Part shown: positions 17,303 to 28,070 of the stretch, one piece after another
Position numbering within the stretch: the first letter of the stretch is position 1
How the letters are laid out: every line of letters starts with the position of its first letter
Assembly (NCBI GenBank): GCA_049520515.1
Contig: JBEKPS010000004.1
Location: forward strand, 57,395-121,394
Direction: 5' to 3'
DNA length: 64,000 bases
Source: Vulcanimicrobiaceae bacterium
Lineage (GTDB): Bacteria > Vulcanimicrobiota > Vulcanimicrobiia > Vulcanimicrobiales > Vulcanimicrobiaceae
The notes under the pieces: generated by a model
Databases searched by the model: none
What the model was told of the DNA's origin: nothing
The model's input: the letters and a program-made list of their open reading frames with translations, nothing else
Translations under genes and position numbers: made by a program

Positions 17303-18448
17303 ATGTCGCGTTTGGTGACCCTTGTCATCGACTCGGGAGGTATCGGCGCTCTGCCGGATGCTGCGTCGTACGGTGATTCCAACACGGCGAACACAATCGG
17401 TAACGTCGCGTCTCACGTTGGAGGATTGCGCCTCCCGACATTGGAGCGTTTGGGTCTCGGCGATCTGACGAACATTCGCGGTGTTGATGCCGTTTCTCAC
17501 CCCGAGGCGGCGGTCGCTCGACTTCGTGAACGCTCCCGCGGCAAAGATACGATCACCGGTCATTGGGAAATGGCCGGAATCATTACGGAAGTTCCATTCC
17601 CAACGTATCCCGATGGCTTCCCTCCAGATGTCATCGAAGAATTCACCGCGATTACCGGCAAGCAGCCACTTGGAAACAAGCCGGCCTCAGGAACAGAAAT
17701 TATTGCGGAGCTCGGTGACGAGCACGTTGCGAGCGGACGTCCGATCTTGTACACGTCTGCCGACTCCGTGTTTCAAGTCGCCGCACATGAAGAAGTTGTG
17801 CCGCTTGCCGTTTTGTATGACTGGTGCGAACGCGCTCGCGCAATGCTCTTACCGCCGAATAACGTCAACCGCGTTATCGCGCGCCCTTTCGTAGGTACCA
17901 GCGGGAAATATGCCCGCACGCCAAATCGTCGCGACTATGCAATCGAGCCTCCGCCGAGCGTCTTAGACGATCTTGCAGGCGCCGGCATTCCCGTTCACGC
18001 GGTCGGAAAGATCTGCGATATCTATACCGGTCACGGAATCACAAGCTCCGTGCGCGTCGTTGATAACGATGATGCGATGAATCAAACAGAACGGCTGTTG
18101 CGCGATCTCGAGCACGGCCTCGTGTTCACAAACTTGAACGACTTCGACAGCAAGTACGGACACCGGCGTGACGTTCGCGGATATGCGAGCGCCCTCGAGC
18201 AGCTCGACGTGCGTTTGGCAGAATTATTACCGCATCTTCGGCCCGGTGACGGGTTGGTCATCACGGCCGATCATGGTTGCGATCCAACCGCGCCTGGAAC
18301 GGACCACACGCGTGAGTATGTACCGTACATCGAACTGGGTACCGCAGCCGGCGGTGACCTTGGGACGATCGAGGGCCTGGATCAGATTGGGAAGCGATTA
18401 ACGTCGCTCTTTCTCTCGAAGAAGGTCGCCGGGAGCAGCAGAAGGTAA
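17303..18448 (+). CDS. deoB: Phosphopentomutase
   Basis: I set the start at ATG17303 (MSRLVTLVIDSGGIGALPDA). Motifs: GKDTITGHWEMAG, LYTSADSVFQVAAHEE, FTNLNDFDSKYGHRRD, ITADHGCDPT. Confidence 0.92.
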   Translation: MSRLVTLVIDSGGIGALPDAASYGDSNTANTIGNVASHVGGLRLPTLERLGLGDLTNIRGVDAVSHPEAAVARLRERSRGKDTITGHWEMAGIITEVPFPTYPDGFPPDVIEEFTAITGKQPLGNKPASGTEIIAELGDEHVASGRPILYTSADSVFQVAAHEEVVPLAVLYDWCERARAMLLPPNNVNRVIARPFVGTSGKYARTPNRRDYAIEPPPSVLDDLAGAGIPVHAVGKICDIYTGHGITSSVRVVDNDDAMNQTERLLRDLEHGLVFTNLNDFDSKYGHRRDVRGYASALEQLDVRLAELLPHLRPGDGLVITADHGCDPTAPGTDHTREYVPYIELGTAAGGDLGTIEGLDQIGKRLTSLFLSKKVAGSSRR

Positions 18449-18462
18449 CGCCTCGTACGGCC

Positions 18463-19128
18463 GTGATCGAAAGTCTACCAGCGCCCCCTATCCACCAAGA
18501 GCTCTCGAAAAGCCGGCCCGTCCCGCATTGGTGGTGGGGCCTAAAACGTGTAACCGATATCGTCGTGGCGTTGACGGCGTTAATTGTGACGTTGCCGATT
18601 TCAATCGTTGCAGCCGTTGCAATCGTTCTCGTTTCTCCCGGCTCGCCGCTATTTTTACAGACGCGAGTCGGGCGTGACGGGCGCATGTTTCGCATGTTGA
18701 AGTTTCGCACGATGGATGCCGGCGCGCACCTGCTTCACGACGATATGCGTCCGCTGAACGAAGTCGACGGCCCCGTGCTGAAGATTCGTAACGACCCGCG
18801 CTTGCACGCGCTCGGTGCGATTCTGCGGCGCACGAGTATCGACGAGCTGCCGAATTTCGTGAACGTCTTGCTGGGAGAGATGAGCGTCGTCGGACCGCGC
18901 CCGCCTCTACCATCCGAGGTCGAGCACTACGACGCCCGAGCCCTGCGGCGTCTCACCGTGAAGCCCGGCGTGACGTGCCTGTGGCAGATCAACGGCCGCT
19001 CGACGGTGAGCTTCGATCGGTGGATGGAACTCGACAATCTGTACATCGATACGTGGACGCCAGTCGATGATTTGAAGATCATCATCGGAACGATCCCGGC
19101 GGTCGTTCGAGGCAACGGAGCGCACTAA
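18463..19128 (+). CDS. Polyprenyl-phosphate sugar-phosphate transferase (bacterial sugar transferase, WbaP/EpsL type)
   Basis: 221 aa. One N-terminal TM, then [55 protein letters not shown] start. Confidence 0.92.
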   Translation: MIESLPAPPIHQELSKSRPVPHWWWGLKRVTDIVVALTALIVTLPISIVAAVAIVLVSPGSPLFLQTRVGRDGRMFRMLKFRTMDAGAHLLHDDMRPLNEVDGPVLKIRNDPRLHALGAILRRTSIDELPNFVNVLLGEMSVVGPRPPLPSEVEHYDARALRRLTVKPGVTCLWQINGRSTVSFDRWMELDNLYIDTWTPVDDLKIIIGTIPAVVRGNGAH

Positions 19129-19147
19129 ACCGAAGCTCTAGGCCTCC

Positions 19148-20764
19148 ATGAAGCCTCGCCTTCGGGTCGTTCCCGGCGCGCTGCCGACGCATCACGCGCT
19201 CGCGCGTTCGACCTTTCTCGTGATGGCGGCGACTCTCGGCTCTGCGCTCTTGGGTTTCGGGCGCGAGGTCGTCAATGCGCATTATTTCGGGACGCATTGG
19301 GAGCTAGATACCTTCCTTGCAACGGCGACGATTCCAACCATCATTTTCGGACTCTTCAACGGCGCACTCGTAAGCGCGCTGGTCCCTACGTTTTCGGATT
19401 ACCTGGCGACCGGGCGCGACGAAGAGGCAAAGCGCCTCGCCAGTACGATCGTCAACGGACTTGTGATTCTTCTCAGCGTGGCGGCTGTCTTGGGCTGGTT
19501 CCTAGCGCCGTACTATGTTCCGCTTATCGCGCACGGCTTTCCGGCTCCGCAAATGGGCGTTGCGATTCGCATGGCGCGCTGGCTGATGCCGAGTATCATC
19601 GTGACGTCGTTGGCCGGCGTGGTCGCTGCCATGTTGAACGCGTACCAACGCTTCTTAGTGCCGGCGCTTCAAGGCATCGCAATCAATATCGCGACGATGA
19701 CGACGACGATCATCCTCTTTCATCGCATCGGAATCTACGCGTTGGTGCTCGGCACGACGTTCGGTCTGGCAGCGCAACTCCTGGTGCAGCTCCCGTCCTT
19801 CCTTAGACTTCGCTGCTATCGGTTCGTTTTGGATCTAAAGCACCCGGGGCTGGCGCGTATGAATGCGATGCTGGGTCCAATCGTAATAGGCTCGGCGGCC
19901 GGGCAGCTTTCTCTATTCTTCGATCGCTTCTTCGCATCGACGCTTCCACCGGGCTACATGTCGGCAATGAATTATTCGGTGAAACTCGTCTCGTTTCCGC
20001 AGCAGATCTTCGCCGCCGCGATCGCGACCGTACTGTTTCCGTTGCTGGCTTCTCAATTCGCGGGTTCGAATCGGCCGGGGATGCGGCAATCCGTCGTCAC
20101 GGGTTTGCGCCTCGTCAATTTCATCATGATACCGGCGATGTTTGGCTTAGTGGTACTTGCCCATCCCATTACACAGGTATTATTCGAACGCGGCGAATTT
20201 CGAGCTACCTCCACGAGTGTTGTCGCCGGATTGATCCCGTGGGCGGCGTTTGGTGTAATCGCAATCGCAGCCAACATCGTGCTGACGCGTTGCTGCTTCG
20301 CGTGTAAGCAAGCTCGCTCGGCCGTCGGCATATCCGTCTTCTCCGTGTTGCTGAACGTGGCGCTTTCAATTCTTTGGTTGCCATCACTCGGAGCTCGCGG
20401 ATTGCTCCTGGCCAATACCGTGAGCGAGATCGTTGGAACGTTGTTGCTTGCGGGGGTCGTTTGGCGTTTGTTGCATGGGTTCGACGCGGGCGCAATCCTT
20501 CGTTCACTTGGAGGGACGTTGATTGCCGCATCCGTGATGGTCGCGCAACTCTGGTTTATTTTGAACCTCACGGCCAAACCCGACGCATTCTACCAGCGTG
20601 CGCTGTTATTGGCGTGGGAGATCGCGCTCGGGGCGCTCGTCTTCGTGGTGGTATCGCGGCTCCTGCGTGTCGAGGAACTCAATTTGGTTGTTCGACTGAT
20701 TCTTCAAAAATTCGAGCGGCATCTACCCAGCGCGCCTGAAAACCGCGACGTGCCTGTTGGGTGA
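19148..20764 (+). CDS. murJ: MurJ/MviN-family lipid-linked glycan flippase
   Basis: 538 aa, polytopic. FGREVVNAHYFGTHWELDTFLATATIPTIIFGLFNGALVSALVPTFS is typical of MurJ N-termini. Confidence 0.85.
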   Translation: MKPRLRVVPGALPTHHALARSTFLVMAATLGSALLGFGREVVNAHYFGTHWELDTFLATATIPTIIFGLFNGALVSALVPTFSDYLATGRDEEAKRLASTIVNGLVILLSVAAVLGWFLAPYYVPLIAHGFPAPQMGVAIRMARWLMPSIIVTSLAGVVAAMLNAYQRFLVPALQGIAINIATMTTTIILFHRIGIYALVLGTTFGLAAQLLVQLPSFLRLRCYRFVLDLKHPGLARMNAMLGPIVIGSAAGQLSLFFDRFFASTLPPGYMSAMNYSVKLVSFPQQIFAAAIATVLFPLLASQFAGSNRPGMRQSVVTGLRLVNFIMIPAMFGLVVLAHPITQVLFERGEFRATSTSVVAGLIPWAAFGVIAIAANIVLTRCCFACKQARSAVGISVFSVLLNVALSILWLPSLGARGLLLANTVSEIVGTLLLAGVVWRLLHGFDAGAILRSLGGTLIAASVMVAQLWFILNLTAKPDAFYQRALLLAWEIALGALVFVVVSRLLRVEELNLVVRLILQKFERHLPSAPENRDVPVG

Positions 20765-21638
20765 CATTCTCGATCACCCACTCGTCATCGGTTCGGAAGG
20801 ACAGCTAGGGGCGGAGCTCATGCGGGTGCTCGAGGACCGCAACCTCGTCGGCCTAGGTCATTCTCAGCTGGAGATCGCGGATTTTGCGGCTGTCGATGCA
20901 GCGATTGCGAAGATACAACCCACGATCGTCATAAATACCGCCGCATTTCACAACGTCGAAGAGTGCGAGAAAGACCCGCTTCGGGCACTAACCGTTAACA
21001 CCGCCGCCGTCGATAACCTAGCGCGGTGCGCGGCGCGTATCGGTGCGGCCTTTGCCACGATAAGTACTGACTACGTTTTCGACGGAGAGCAATCCGAGCC
21101 GTACGCTGAGGACGATGTTCCGAATCCAATAAACGCCTACGGCGTGTCGAAGTATGCCGGCGAGATCTGCACTCGGAATAGGGACTCGCGCCATTTCGTG
21201 TTTCGCAGCAGTGGACTGTTTGGCACGCAGCGGCTCAAGCAAAAGGAGAAGTTCGTCGAGCGCATTCTACGTCAAGGCGAGCGAGGAGAAAGTCCGCGCG
21301 TCGTCGCGGACGTCATATTTTCTCCGTCGTACGCGCCGGACGTCGCTCGGCTCATGCGTGCTCTGATCGAGCGCGAGGCATTCGGAATCGTTCATATCAC
21401 GAACGCGGGCGCGTGCAGCTGGTTCGAATTTGCGAGCGAAGCACTCTCGCTCGCAGGCCTTGATGTGAAGGTTGAGCCGACCAGATATCGAGACGTCCAA
21501 ACTCAGACGAACCGGCCGGCTTACAGCGCACTCGGGCACAAGGTCCTTGGGGAGTTGGGACTCAGTGTTCCGCCCTGGCGCGATGGCCTGCGGCGCTATC
21601 TTGAGTCGGTTACGACCGCGGCGCGTTCGCTAAAATAA
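20757..21638 (+). CDS. rmlD: dTDP-4-dehydrorhamnose reductase family
   Basis: 293 aa. GSEGQLG, INTAAFHNVEECEKDP, ISTDYVFDG, PINAYGVSKYAGE, NRPAYSAL match the RmlD pattern. No rmlA, rmlB or rmlC in the window. Confidence 0.85.
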   Translation: MGDILDHPLVIGSEGQLGAELMRVLEDRNLVGLGHSQLEIADFAAVDAAIAKIQPTIVINTAAFHNVEECEKDPLRALTVNTAAVDNLARCAARIGAAFATISTDYVFDGEQSEPYAEDDVPNPINAYGVSKYAGEICTRNRDSRHFVFRSSGLFGTQRLKQKEKFVERILRQGERGESPRVVADVIFSPSYAPDVARLMRALIEREAFGIVHITNAGACSWFEFASEALSLAGLDVKVEPTRYRDVQTQTNRPAYSALGHKVLGELGLSVPPWRDGLRRYLESVTTAARSLK

Positions 21639-22588
21639 CGAATCGTACGCTCGAGGCCCTCAGCTAGGCCGATTTTCGGCTCCCATCCCAGCAGCTCGCG
21701 TGCGCGAGTGATGTCGGGACACCGGCGACCGGGATCGTCGACGGGCAGCGCTTCCTGAGTCGTTTGCAAGGGGACGCCGACAACGTCGCTCACGATCCGC
21801 GCGAATTCGGCGATCGCGTGCTCTTCCGGATTCCCGAGATTCACGACGATCCCGCGCGTGCCGTCGCTTGCGGCGCAGCGCACGATGCCCTCGACCAGAT
21901 CGTCGACAAAACAGAATGACCGCGTCTGCTTTCCATTGCCGAATATCGTGAGGGGCCTTCCCTTGAGAGCTTGCGTAATGAAGTTCGGCACAACGCGGCC
22001 GTCCGATAATCGCATCCGTGGCCCGTACGTGTTGAATATCCGAACGATGCGAGCGTCGACGCCGTGTTTCGTAAGATACGAATACGTTAGGGCTTCTCCG
22101 AAGCGCTTGGACTCGTCGTAACACGCACGGGGCCCAAACGAATTGACGTTTCCCCAGTAGGTTTCACGTTGCGGGTGCTCGAGCGGATCGCCGTAGCATT
22201 CGGACGTCGATGCGAAGAGAAAGCGCGCGTTCCATCGCCGCGCGGCCTCGAGCGCGTGCTGCGTTCCGGAAGAATTGACAGCCATTGTCTCGAGCGGATG
22301 CTCAGCGTAATCGACAGGACTGGCCGGGGAGGCAAAGTGCAAGATGAGATCGGGAGCGCTCCCGCGCGAGCGGACGCGGGCCTCGATTGCGTCCCACGGC
22401 TGCGAGACATCGAAACTCAAGAATGAGAATCGGTCGTTCGACGAGGCCTCTCGCAGGTTCTGAGCAGATCCGGTTATGTAATTGTCGAGGCCCGTGACCA
22501 GCGCTGTGGAGTTATTGAGATAGTGATCGACAAGATGAGACCCAAGAAATCCGCCCGCGCCCGTGATGAGAACATTACCGGCTGCCAA
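21596..22588 (-). CDS. UDP-glucuronate decarboxylase (UDP-xylose synthase)
   Basis: 330 aa. ITGAGGFLGSHL, FASPASPVDY, STSECYGDPLEHPQRETYWGNVN, YDESKRFGE, RIFNTYGPRM..GRVVPNFI, GNGKQTRSFCFVDDLV. Confidence 0.9.
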   Translation of the reverse strand: MAAGNVLITGAGGFLGSHLVDHYLNNSTALVTGLDNYITGSAQNLREASSNDRFSFLSFDVSQPWDAIEARVRSRGSAPDLILHFASPASPVDYAEHPLETMAVNSSGTQHALEAARRWNARFLFASTSECYGDPLEHPQRETYWGNVNSFGPRACYDESKRFGEALTYSYLTKHGVDARIVRIFNTYGPRMRLSDGRVVPNFITQALKGRPLTIFGNGKQTRSFCFVDDLVEGIVRCAASDGTRGIVVNLGNPEEHAIAEFARIVSDVVGVPLQTTQEALPVDDPGRRCPDITRARELLGWEPKIGLAEGLERTIRYFSERAAVVTDSR

Positions 22589-23918
22589 GTCGGCTCTTCG
22601 TTGGGAATCTCACGGCGCGGCCGACACCGAGATAGGTGAATCCGAGCTCGGCGAGTCGCGCCGGGTCGTAAATATTGCGGCCATCGAAGATGACGTTGCC
22701 GCGCATCGCGCGCAAGACTTTCTCGAAGTCGATCTGCTTGTATTCGTTCCAGTCGGTGGCAACGCACACCGCGTCTGCCCCAACGACCGCCTCGTAGAGG
22801 TCGTCTGAGAACCGGACGCTGTTGCCGAGCCGCTCCCTCGCCGGGCCCTTGGCCACGGGATCGTGCGCGACGACGGTAGCATGTTCTGACAGAAAGCGCT
22901 GAATCAGCGCGATTGACGGTGACTCGCGCACATCGTCCGTATTCGCTTTGAAGGCGAGCCCTAAAACGGCTAAGGTCTTACCGCGAAGACCTTCCAGCGT
23001 TTCCGAAAGCCGGGTCGCCGCTCGTTCGATCTGAGAAGCGTTTATCTCGAGAATCGATTCCAACAACGGCGTGTGCACGCCGGCGTCGCGCGCCAGTCTG
23101 CTGAGCGCTGTCACATCTTTCGGAAGGCAAGAACCTCCGAATCCAAGACCCGCGCTGAGAAACATGGTGCCGATGCGATGATCGCTCCCGACGCCTCGCG
23201 CTACGTCTTTAACATCGACCGACATACGCTCGCAGATCGCCGCAATCTCGTTGATGAGCGAGATCCGAGCAGCAAGGAGCGTATTCGCCGCGTACTTGAT
23301 CAGCTCTGCCGTTCGAATATCGGTAACGATGATCGGTGCTTCGAGCGGTGCGTAGAGCTCCTCCATCGTCGAACGCGCATTATCATTCGTAACGCCGAGC
23401 ACGACTCGATCGGGTTTCATGAAGTCGGTGATTGCCGAACCTTCTCTTAGAAATTCGGGATTCGAGACAACGGCGATATCGAAGTCGCTAACGCGATGCT
23501 CTTTGATGATGGCCGCAACGAGATCGCCCGTTTCGATCGGGACCGTCGACTTGTTGACGATGATTTTCGGCCCGTCGAGCGATCGCGCGATTTCGAGAGC
23601 GGCTTCGCGAACGTCTTGAATGTCGGCGTGACCGTCGTGCCGCATCGGCGTCCCTACGGCGATAAAGACGATCTCGGCGTTCTGAACTCCGTCTGCGATC
23701 GATTCACCAAAAGATAAGCGGCCGTGGCTCTGATTGTGCGACAACAGCTCCGAAAGACCCGGCTCGTAAAACGGAACCTCACCGCGCTCTAGTGCCTCGA
23801 GGCGGCCACGATTCTTCTCGACGCAAACGACGCGATTTCCAAGTTCTGCGAGGCATGCGGCGGTGACAAGGCCGACGTAACCGGCGCCAATTATGCAAAT
23901 TCTGCGCACCAGGACCAT
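22575..23918 (-). CDS. ugd: UDP-glucose 6-dehydrogenase
   Basis: I set the start at ATG23918 (MVLVRRICIIGAGYVGLVTAACLAELGN). Motifs: NPEFLREGSA, GFGGSCLPKDV, LGLAFKANTDDVRESP. Its stop overlaps the UXS start by 14 nt. Confidence 0.92.
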   Translation of the reverse strand: MVLVRRICIIGAGYVGLVTAACLAELGNRVVCVEKNRGRLEALERGEVPFYEPGLSELLSHNQSHGRLSFGESIADGVQNAEIVFIAVGTPMRHDGHADIQDVREAALEIARSLDGPKIIVNKSTVPIETGDLVAAIIKEHRVSDFDIAVVSNPEFLREGSAITDFMKPDRVVLGVTNDNARSTMEELYAPLEAPIIVTDIRTAELIKYAANTLLAARISLINEIAAICERMSVDVKDVARGVGSDHRIGTMFLSAGLGFGGSCLPKDVTALSRLARDAGVHTPLLESILEINASQIERAATRLSETLEGLRGKTLAVLGLAFKANTDDVRESPSIALIQRFLSEHATVVAHDPVAKGPARERLGNSVRFSDDLYEAVVGADAVCVATDWNEYKQIDFEKVLRAMRGNVIFDGRNIYDPARLAELGFTYLGVGRAVRFPTKSRLGSR

Positions 23919-23954
23919 CTTTTCGCGTGTTCTACAGAAGGACTCCTTTGCCCG

Positions 23955-25259
23955 ATGAAACACACCTGCCGCAGATTGATTAGGCGATTTCTGCGCAGTG
24001 ATTTCGCGCGACACGGTGCGATCGTTTTCGCTTCGTCGATGACGGTCAACGCCCTCAACTACATTCTTCATGTGATGTTGACCCGGCGTCTTGGTGTCGA
24101 CAGCTATGGCGAGCTTTACGCGCTGCTGGCCGCCCTTATGCTATTTTCGGTCCCGACCAGTGTTTTTACGATGATCGTCGTGCGTTATGCCGCCGAATTC
24201 CACGCGCTCGGCGATACGGCTAAACTGGGCGCCTTGTCACGTTGGCTATTACGCCGTACCGTTCTCGTCGCGCTCGCACTGATCGGCCTGGGTGTATTGC
24301 TGCAGGCACCGGTGAGTGCGTATTTGCGTCTTCACGACTCGCGCTCGGTTCTGTTTACGGCGCTCGTTCTCGCGTTCAGCGTCATCGGACCGGTCATTAG
24401 AGGCATACTACAGGGCATCCAAGCGTTTCGACAGTTCGCTCTCTCCACGCTTATCGAGGGGTTTGGGCGCGTCATTCTCGGGGTCGGGTTTGTTTACGCG
24501 GGCTTCGGCGTGAACGGCGCACTTTTCGGACAAGCGTGTGCGATTCTCTTGGCTCTCGGATATACGTGGCTTGCGATCCGCCGAAATGTTCCGAGTACGG
24601 GCGAAGCACTTCACACTGACTTGCGGCGTCTTGCGCAAACGACGACGGGCGTCACCACGGCAATGCTGGCGCTTAGCGTTCTGAACTCGGCCGATCTACT
24701 ATTAGTGAAACACTACTTCTCACCGTTCGAGGCTGGCCTCTATAGCGCCGTGTCGCTCGTCGGCAAGGTCATGCTGTTCGTCGTCGGCTTCGTTCCGACG
24801 ATCGTCCTTCCTAAGGCGACGGCTCGCATGACACGCGGAGAGTCGCCGGTCGGCGTCCTTGCGCAGGCCGCGGCGGCAGTCGCGGTGTTGTGCTGCGGTG
24901 GACTCGCCGTACTGTATTTCGAGCCGACCGTTGTCGTGAGAATTATGTCCGGCAGAGAGTTCCTGGAAGCTGCACCCTACGTATTCCTATACGGTGTCGC
25001 AATGGCCACTCTCGGCGCTTTGACTGTCGTCGTGAATTATAAGATCGGTTTGCACCGTTTTGATTTCTTGGCGCCCGTCGTATTGATAGCAATTCTCGAG
25101 CCGCTTATCATCTCGATCGTTCACACCACCCTGTGGGATGTCGTGAGAATCGTGACCATCGGAAACATAGCGGCGCTCTGCACGAGCCTCTACCGCCTCA
25201 ATGCCTTTGCGGCAGTGCGCCTGCCGCGCGGTACGCAGCAGCCATCCGCTCTAGTGTAG
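23955..25259 (+). CDS. Wzx-like oligosaccharide flippase (MOP superfamily)
   Basis: 434 aa, about 12 hydrophobic segments. The N-terminus FASSMTVNALNYILHVMLTRRLGVDSYGELYAL is typical of the polysaccharide-biosynthesis-protein family. Confidence 0.75.
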   Translation: MKHTCRRLIRRFLRSDFARHGAIVFASSMTVNALNYILHVMLTRRLGVDSYGELYALLAALMLFSVPTSVFTMIVVRYAAEFHALGDTAKLGALSRWLLRRTVLVALALIGLGVLLQAPVSAYLRLHDSRSVLFTALVLAFSVIGPVIRGILQGIQAFRQFALSTLIEGFGRVILGVGFVYAGFGVNGALFGQACAILLALGYTWLAIRRNVPSTGEALHTDLRRLAQTTTGVTTAMLALSVLNSADLLLVKHYFSPFEAGLYSAVSLVGKVMLFVVGFVPTIVLPKATARMTRGESPVGVLAQAAAAVAVLCCGGLAVLYFEPTVVVRIMSGREFLEAAPYVFLYGVAMATLGALTVVVNYKIGLHRFDFLAPVVLIAILEPLIISIVHTTLWDVVRIVTIGNIAALCTSLYRLNAFAAVRLPRGTQQPSALV

Positions 25260-26190
25260 CCTCGAGCGGCCTTGCAGCAAAATCGAGTTCGCGCCGTGCC
25301 TTCTCACTCGTGTACCACATGCGTAGCGACGCGATCTTAGCGTGATCGCGGGTTAATCGCGGCTCGCGGCCATTCATGGCTGCGCGCACCTCGAATGCTT
25401 GTGCCGCGACGAAGAGCGCCGCGCTCGGAAGTGTGCGCCCTCGGTAATCCGTTCCCGCTACTTTTGCTTGTCGCCCAAAGAGATCGGCGTACGTGACGTT
25501 TTCACCGGTAAGGAGATAGCGCTCCCCGTCCTTCCCGCGTTGCAATGCCGACGCGATACCGGCGGCGACGTCATCAACGTCGACGACCGAAAGACCGCCA
25601 CTTGGATGACCGGGGACGCGGTGATGCGCAATCTCCAACATCGTGTGCCCGAACGTATGCGTCAGCGAACGCGGGCCGTAGACGACGCCCGGGTTCACAA
25701 TGACGACGCGAACGCCGTAGCGGCGCGCGTCCGTTGCTTCCTCTTCGGCAAGTCGCTTGCTCTCGTTGTAGACGAGCTTCAAGGGAATGAAGTTATTCGT
25801 AGCAGTCTCGTCAATGGGTGTCTGGCTCGGACTGTATCCGACGGCTGCAATCGACGAAACGTGGAGCAAAACGGAGACTCCGGCCGTCTTTGCGGCTTCG
25901 GCGACGATCCGCGTTCCCGTGACATTAGTACGCATTATCTGGTCGCGCCGGCGCTGCCAATGACTGAGGTCCGCGGCAAGGTGTATGATCGCATCGACGC
26001 CTGATGCTGCCTGCACCATTACGAGCGGGTCGGTTATGTCCCCGACCACATACTCGGACACGGATGCTCTTGCAGACTCAAGGTTGCTTGTGGGACGATG
26101 TAAGATGCGAATGCGATGACTGTGCAGTGCTAAGGTGTCGACAACCGCCTTACCCAGGAATCCCGTCGCTCCGGTGACCAATACATGCAC
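25198..26190 (-). CDS. NAD-dependent sugar epimerase/dehydratase/reductase (extended SDR)
   Basis: 330 aa. VTGATGFLG Rossmann motif and YNESK catalytic motif. Specificity unknown. Confidence 0.8.
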   Translation of the reverse strand: MHVLVTGATGFLGKAVVDTLALHSHRIRILHRPTSNLESARASVSEYVVGDITDPLVMVQAASGVDAIIHLAADLSHWQRRRDQIMRTNVTGTRIVAEAAKTAGVSVLLHVSSIAAVGYSPSQTPIDETATNNFIPLKLVYNESKRLAEEEATDARRYGVRVVIVNPGVVYGPRSLTHTFGHTMLEIAHHRVPGHPSGGLSVVDVDDVAAGIASALQRGKDGERYLLTGENVTYADLFGRQAKVAGTDYRGRTLPSAALFVAAQAFEVRAAMNGREPRLTRDHAKIASLRMWYTSEKARRELDFAARPLEATLERMAAAYRAAGALPQRH

Positions 26191-26242
26191 GCCCGCCCCG
26201 TTGCGGCCTAACTTTGCGTAGCTCCTCTCGGGTTGCTAATTA

Positions 26243-27052
26243 GTGCTAGCAGGCAAAATCAGCGTCGTGATGCCCGCATACAACGAAGCGGTGCACATCG
26301 TACCGAATCTCCTTGAGACGGTAAAAACGCTATCGGAAGCCGGTTACGACTTCGAAGTGATTGTCGTCGACGACGGAAGCGCCGACGGTACCCATTTGGA
26401 AGCCGCAAAGCTGCTCTCGTCGCATCCGGAGCTCATTCGGGTGATTCACTATGCGAAGAATCAGGGCAAAGGCAACGCGCTCATGTGCGGCGCGTGGTTC
26501 GCGCGCGGCGCGTACGTCGTCTTTCTCGATGCGGATATGGATCTGCATCCGGACCAATTGCCGACCCTGATTGAGCAGATGGAGACGCAAGAGGCCGACG
26601 TCGTCATCGGCAGCAAGCGGCACAAGCTTTCCAAAGTCAACTATCCGTTGCATCGCCGGCTGTACAGTGTCGTGTACTACTCGCTGATACGTATCATGTT
26701 CGGACTCCCGGTCAAGGATACGCAGACGGGCCTCAAGGTCTTCAAGAGATCCGTTATCGAGGATGTCTTTCCGCGCATTCTTGTCAAGCGCTTCGCTTTC
26801 GATATCGAGGTCCTAGCGAATGCGCATAGGCTCGGATATAAGATCGTCGATGCTCCGATTACGATGTTCTTTCGGCGCAAATTTGGGCGCTTGCATTATC
26901 GCGACGTCCGCGCGATCTTAACTGACACGCTCGCGATCTTTTATCGCATGCATATCCTCCGATACTACGATCGGCCGGTGCAGTGTCAGTGGAATCAGCT
27001 GCCGGCCGCAGTGAGTGCGCGCGAAGTCGAAAGGCTCGATGCCGTCATCTGA
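26243..27052 (+). CDS. GT2 polyprenyl-phosphate hexosyltransferase (DPM1/ALG5-like)
   Basis: 269 aa. ISVVMPAYNE, VIVVDDGSADGT, FLDADMD, VKDTQTGLKVF, FAFDIEVL. GTG start. Confidence 0.85.
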   Translation: MLAGKISVVMPAYNEAVHIVPNLLETVKTLSEAGYDFEVIVVDDGSADGTHLEAAKLLSSHPELIRVIHYAKNQGKGNALMCGAWFARGAYVVFLDADMDLHPDQLPTLIEQMETQEADVVIGSKRHKLSKVNYPLHRRLYSVVYYSLIRIMFGLPVKDTQTGLKVFKRSVIEDVFPRILVKRFAFDIEVLANAHRLGYKIVDAPITMFFRRKFGRLHYRDVRAILTDTLAIFYRMHILRYYDRPVQCQWNQLPAAVSAREVERLDAVI

Positions 27053-28016
27053 TCCCAAAATAAGCGTACTGATTCCGCTCAAGCGTCTAAACGACTACGT
27101 TCGCGAATCTCTGGAGCACCTAGCGCAGCAAACGTACACGAATTTCGATGTGTACGTCGTGACGGATGATCCGGAAGCGTGCGACGTTCCGGCTGGACTG
27201 GACGTGAAGTTTCGCTCGTCGGGCGCCGTACCACCGAACATCAAACGCATGAACGCGGCCCGCGAGAGTGACGCCGCAATTGTCGCGCTACTCGACGATG
27301 ATGCATTCCCCGTTCCCGAATGGTTGCAGTCTGCAGCTCGCCACTTCGATGATCCCACGATTCTCGCCGTCGGCGGGCCGGGGATCACACCGCCGCATGA
27401 TTCGGCTTCACAGCAGGCCAGCGGCGCCGTTTACGCCAGCCCGCTCGTCTCAGCCGGATACGTGTATCGCTATCTTCGGTCAGCCGCGCGCGACGTGGAC
27501 GACTATCCGTCATGCAATCTCGTCGTGCGTCGCGAGCCGTTCCTCAAGTACGTTCCTGAATGTTTGCGCTATTGGCCCGGGGAGGACACGAAGCTGTGTC
27601 TGCTGTTGACGCGTGGCGGCCGAGGCCGAATTCTTTACGACCCCGCAATCGCAGTCTACCATCACCGGCGCAAATTGTTTTGGGGACATTTCCGCCAGGT
27701 TTGGAATTATGCCGTCCATCGCGGGTTTTTCGCCAAGCGCTATCCGGGCACGTCACTGCGGCCGCAGTACTTCATTCCCTCGCTCTTTGTTCTTGGCAAC
27801 GTTGCGGCGCTTGCTCTGGTCGTCGCCGACCGAATCCGCACGGCGGCGTTTCTCGCAGCTGGGGTGTATGCATTATGTGTGATCCTGGCCGCAATCGCTG
27901 GGCGACGAACGCATACTGCGAGCCCGCCTATTGTCGCAGTCGGAATCTATTTGACGCATCTGACCTACGGAACGGGCTTCATGTTCGGCCTATTGCGCCC
28001 GGAGCTTGACCATTAA
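27039..28016 (+). CDS. GT2 glycosyltransferase with C-terminal transmembrane segments
   Basis: ISVLIPLKR..QQTYTNFDVYVV, LLDDDAFP, WPGEDTKLC, then 3-4 hydrophobic helices. I chose ATG27039; the track starts at GTG27015. Confidence 0.8.
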   Translation: MPSSDPKISVLIPLKRLNDYVRESLEHLAQQTYTNFDVYVVTDDPEACDVPAGLDVKFRSSGAVPPNIKRMNAARESDAAIVALLDDDAFPVPEWLQSAARHFDDPTILAVGGPGITPPHDSASQQASGAVYASPLVSAGYVYRYLRSAARDVDDYPSCNLVVRREPFLKYVPECLRYWPGEDTKLCLLLTRGGRGRILYDPAIAVYHHRRKLFWGHFRQVWNYAVHRGFFAKRYPGTSLRPQYFIPSLFVLGNVAALALVVADRIRTAAFLAAGVYALCVILAAIAGRRTHTASPPIVAVGIYLTHLTYGTGFMFGLLRPELDH

Positions 28017-28070
28017 GTCCGCGAGAGGAAAGCAGGCTTCAACCCGACGGTTTGGGGAAAACTGTGCCGG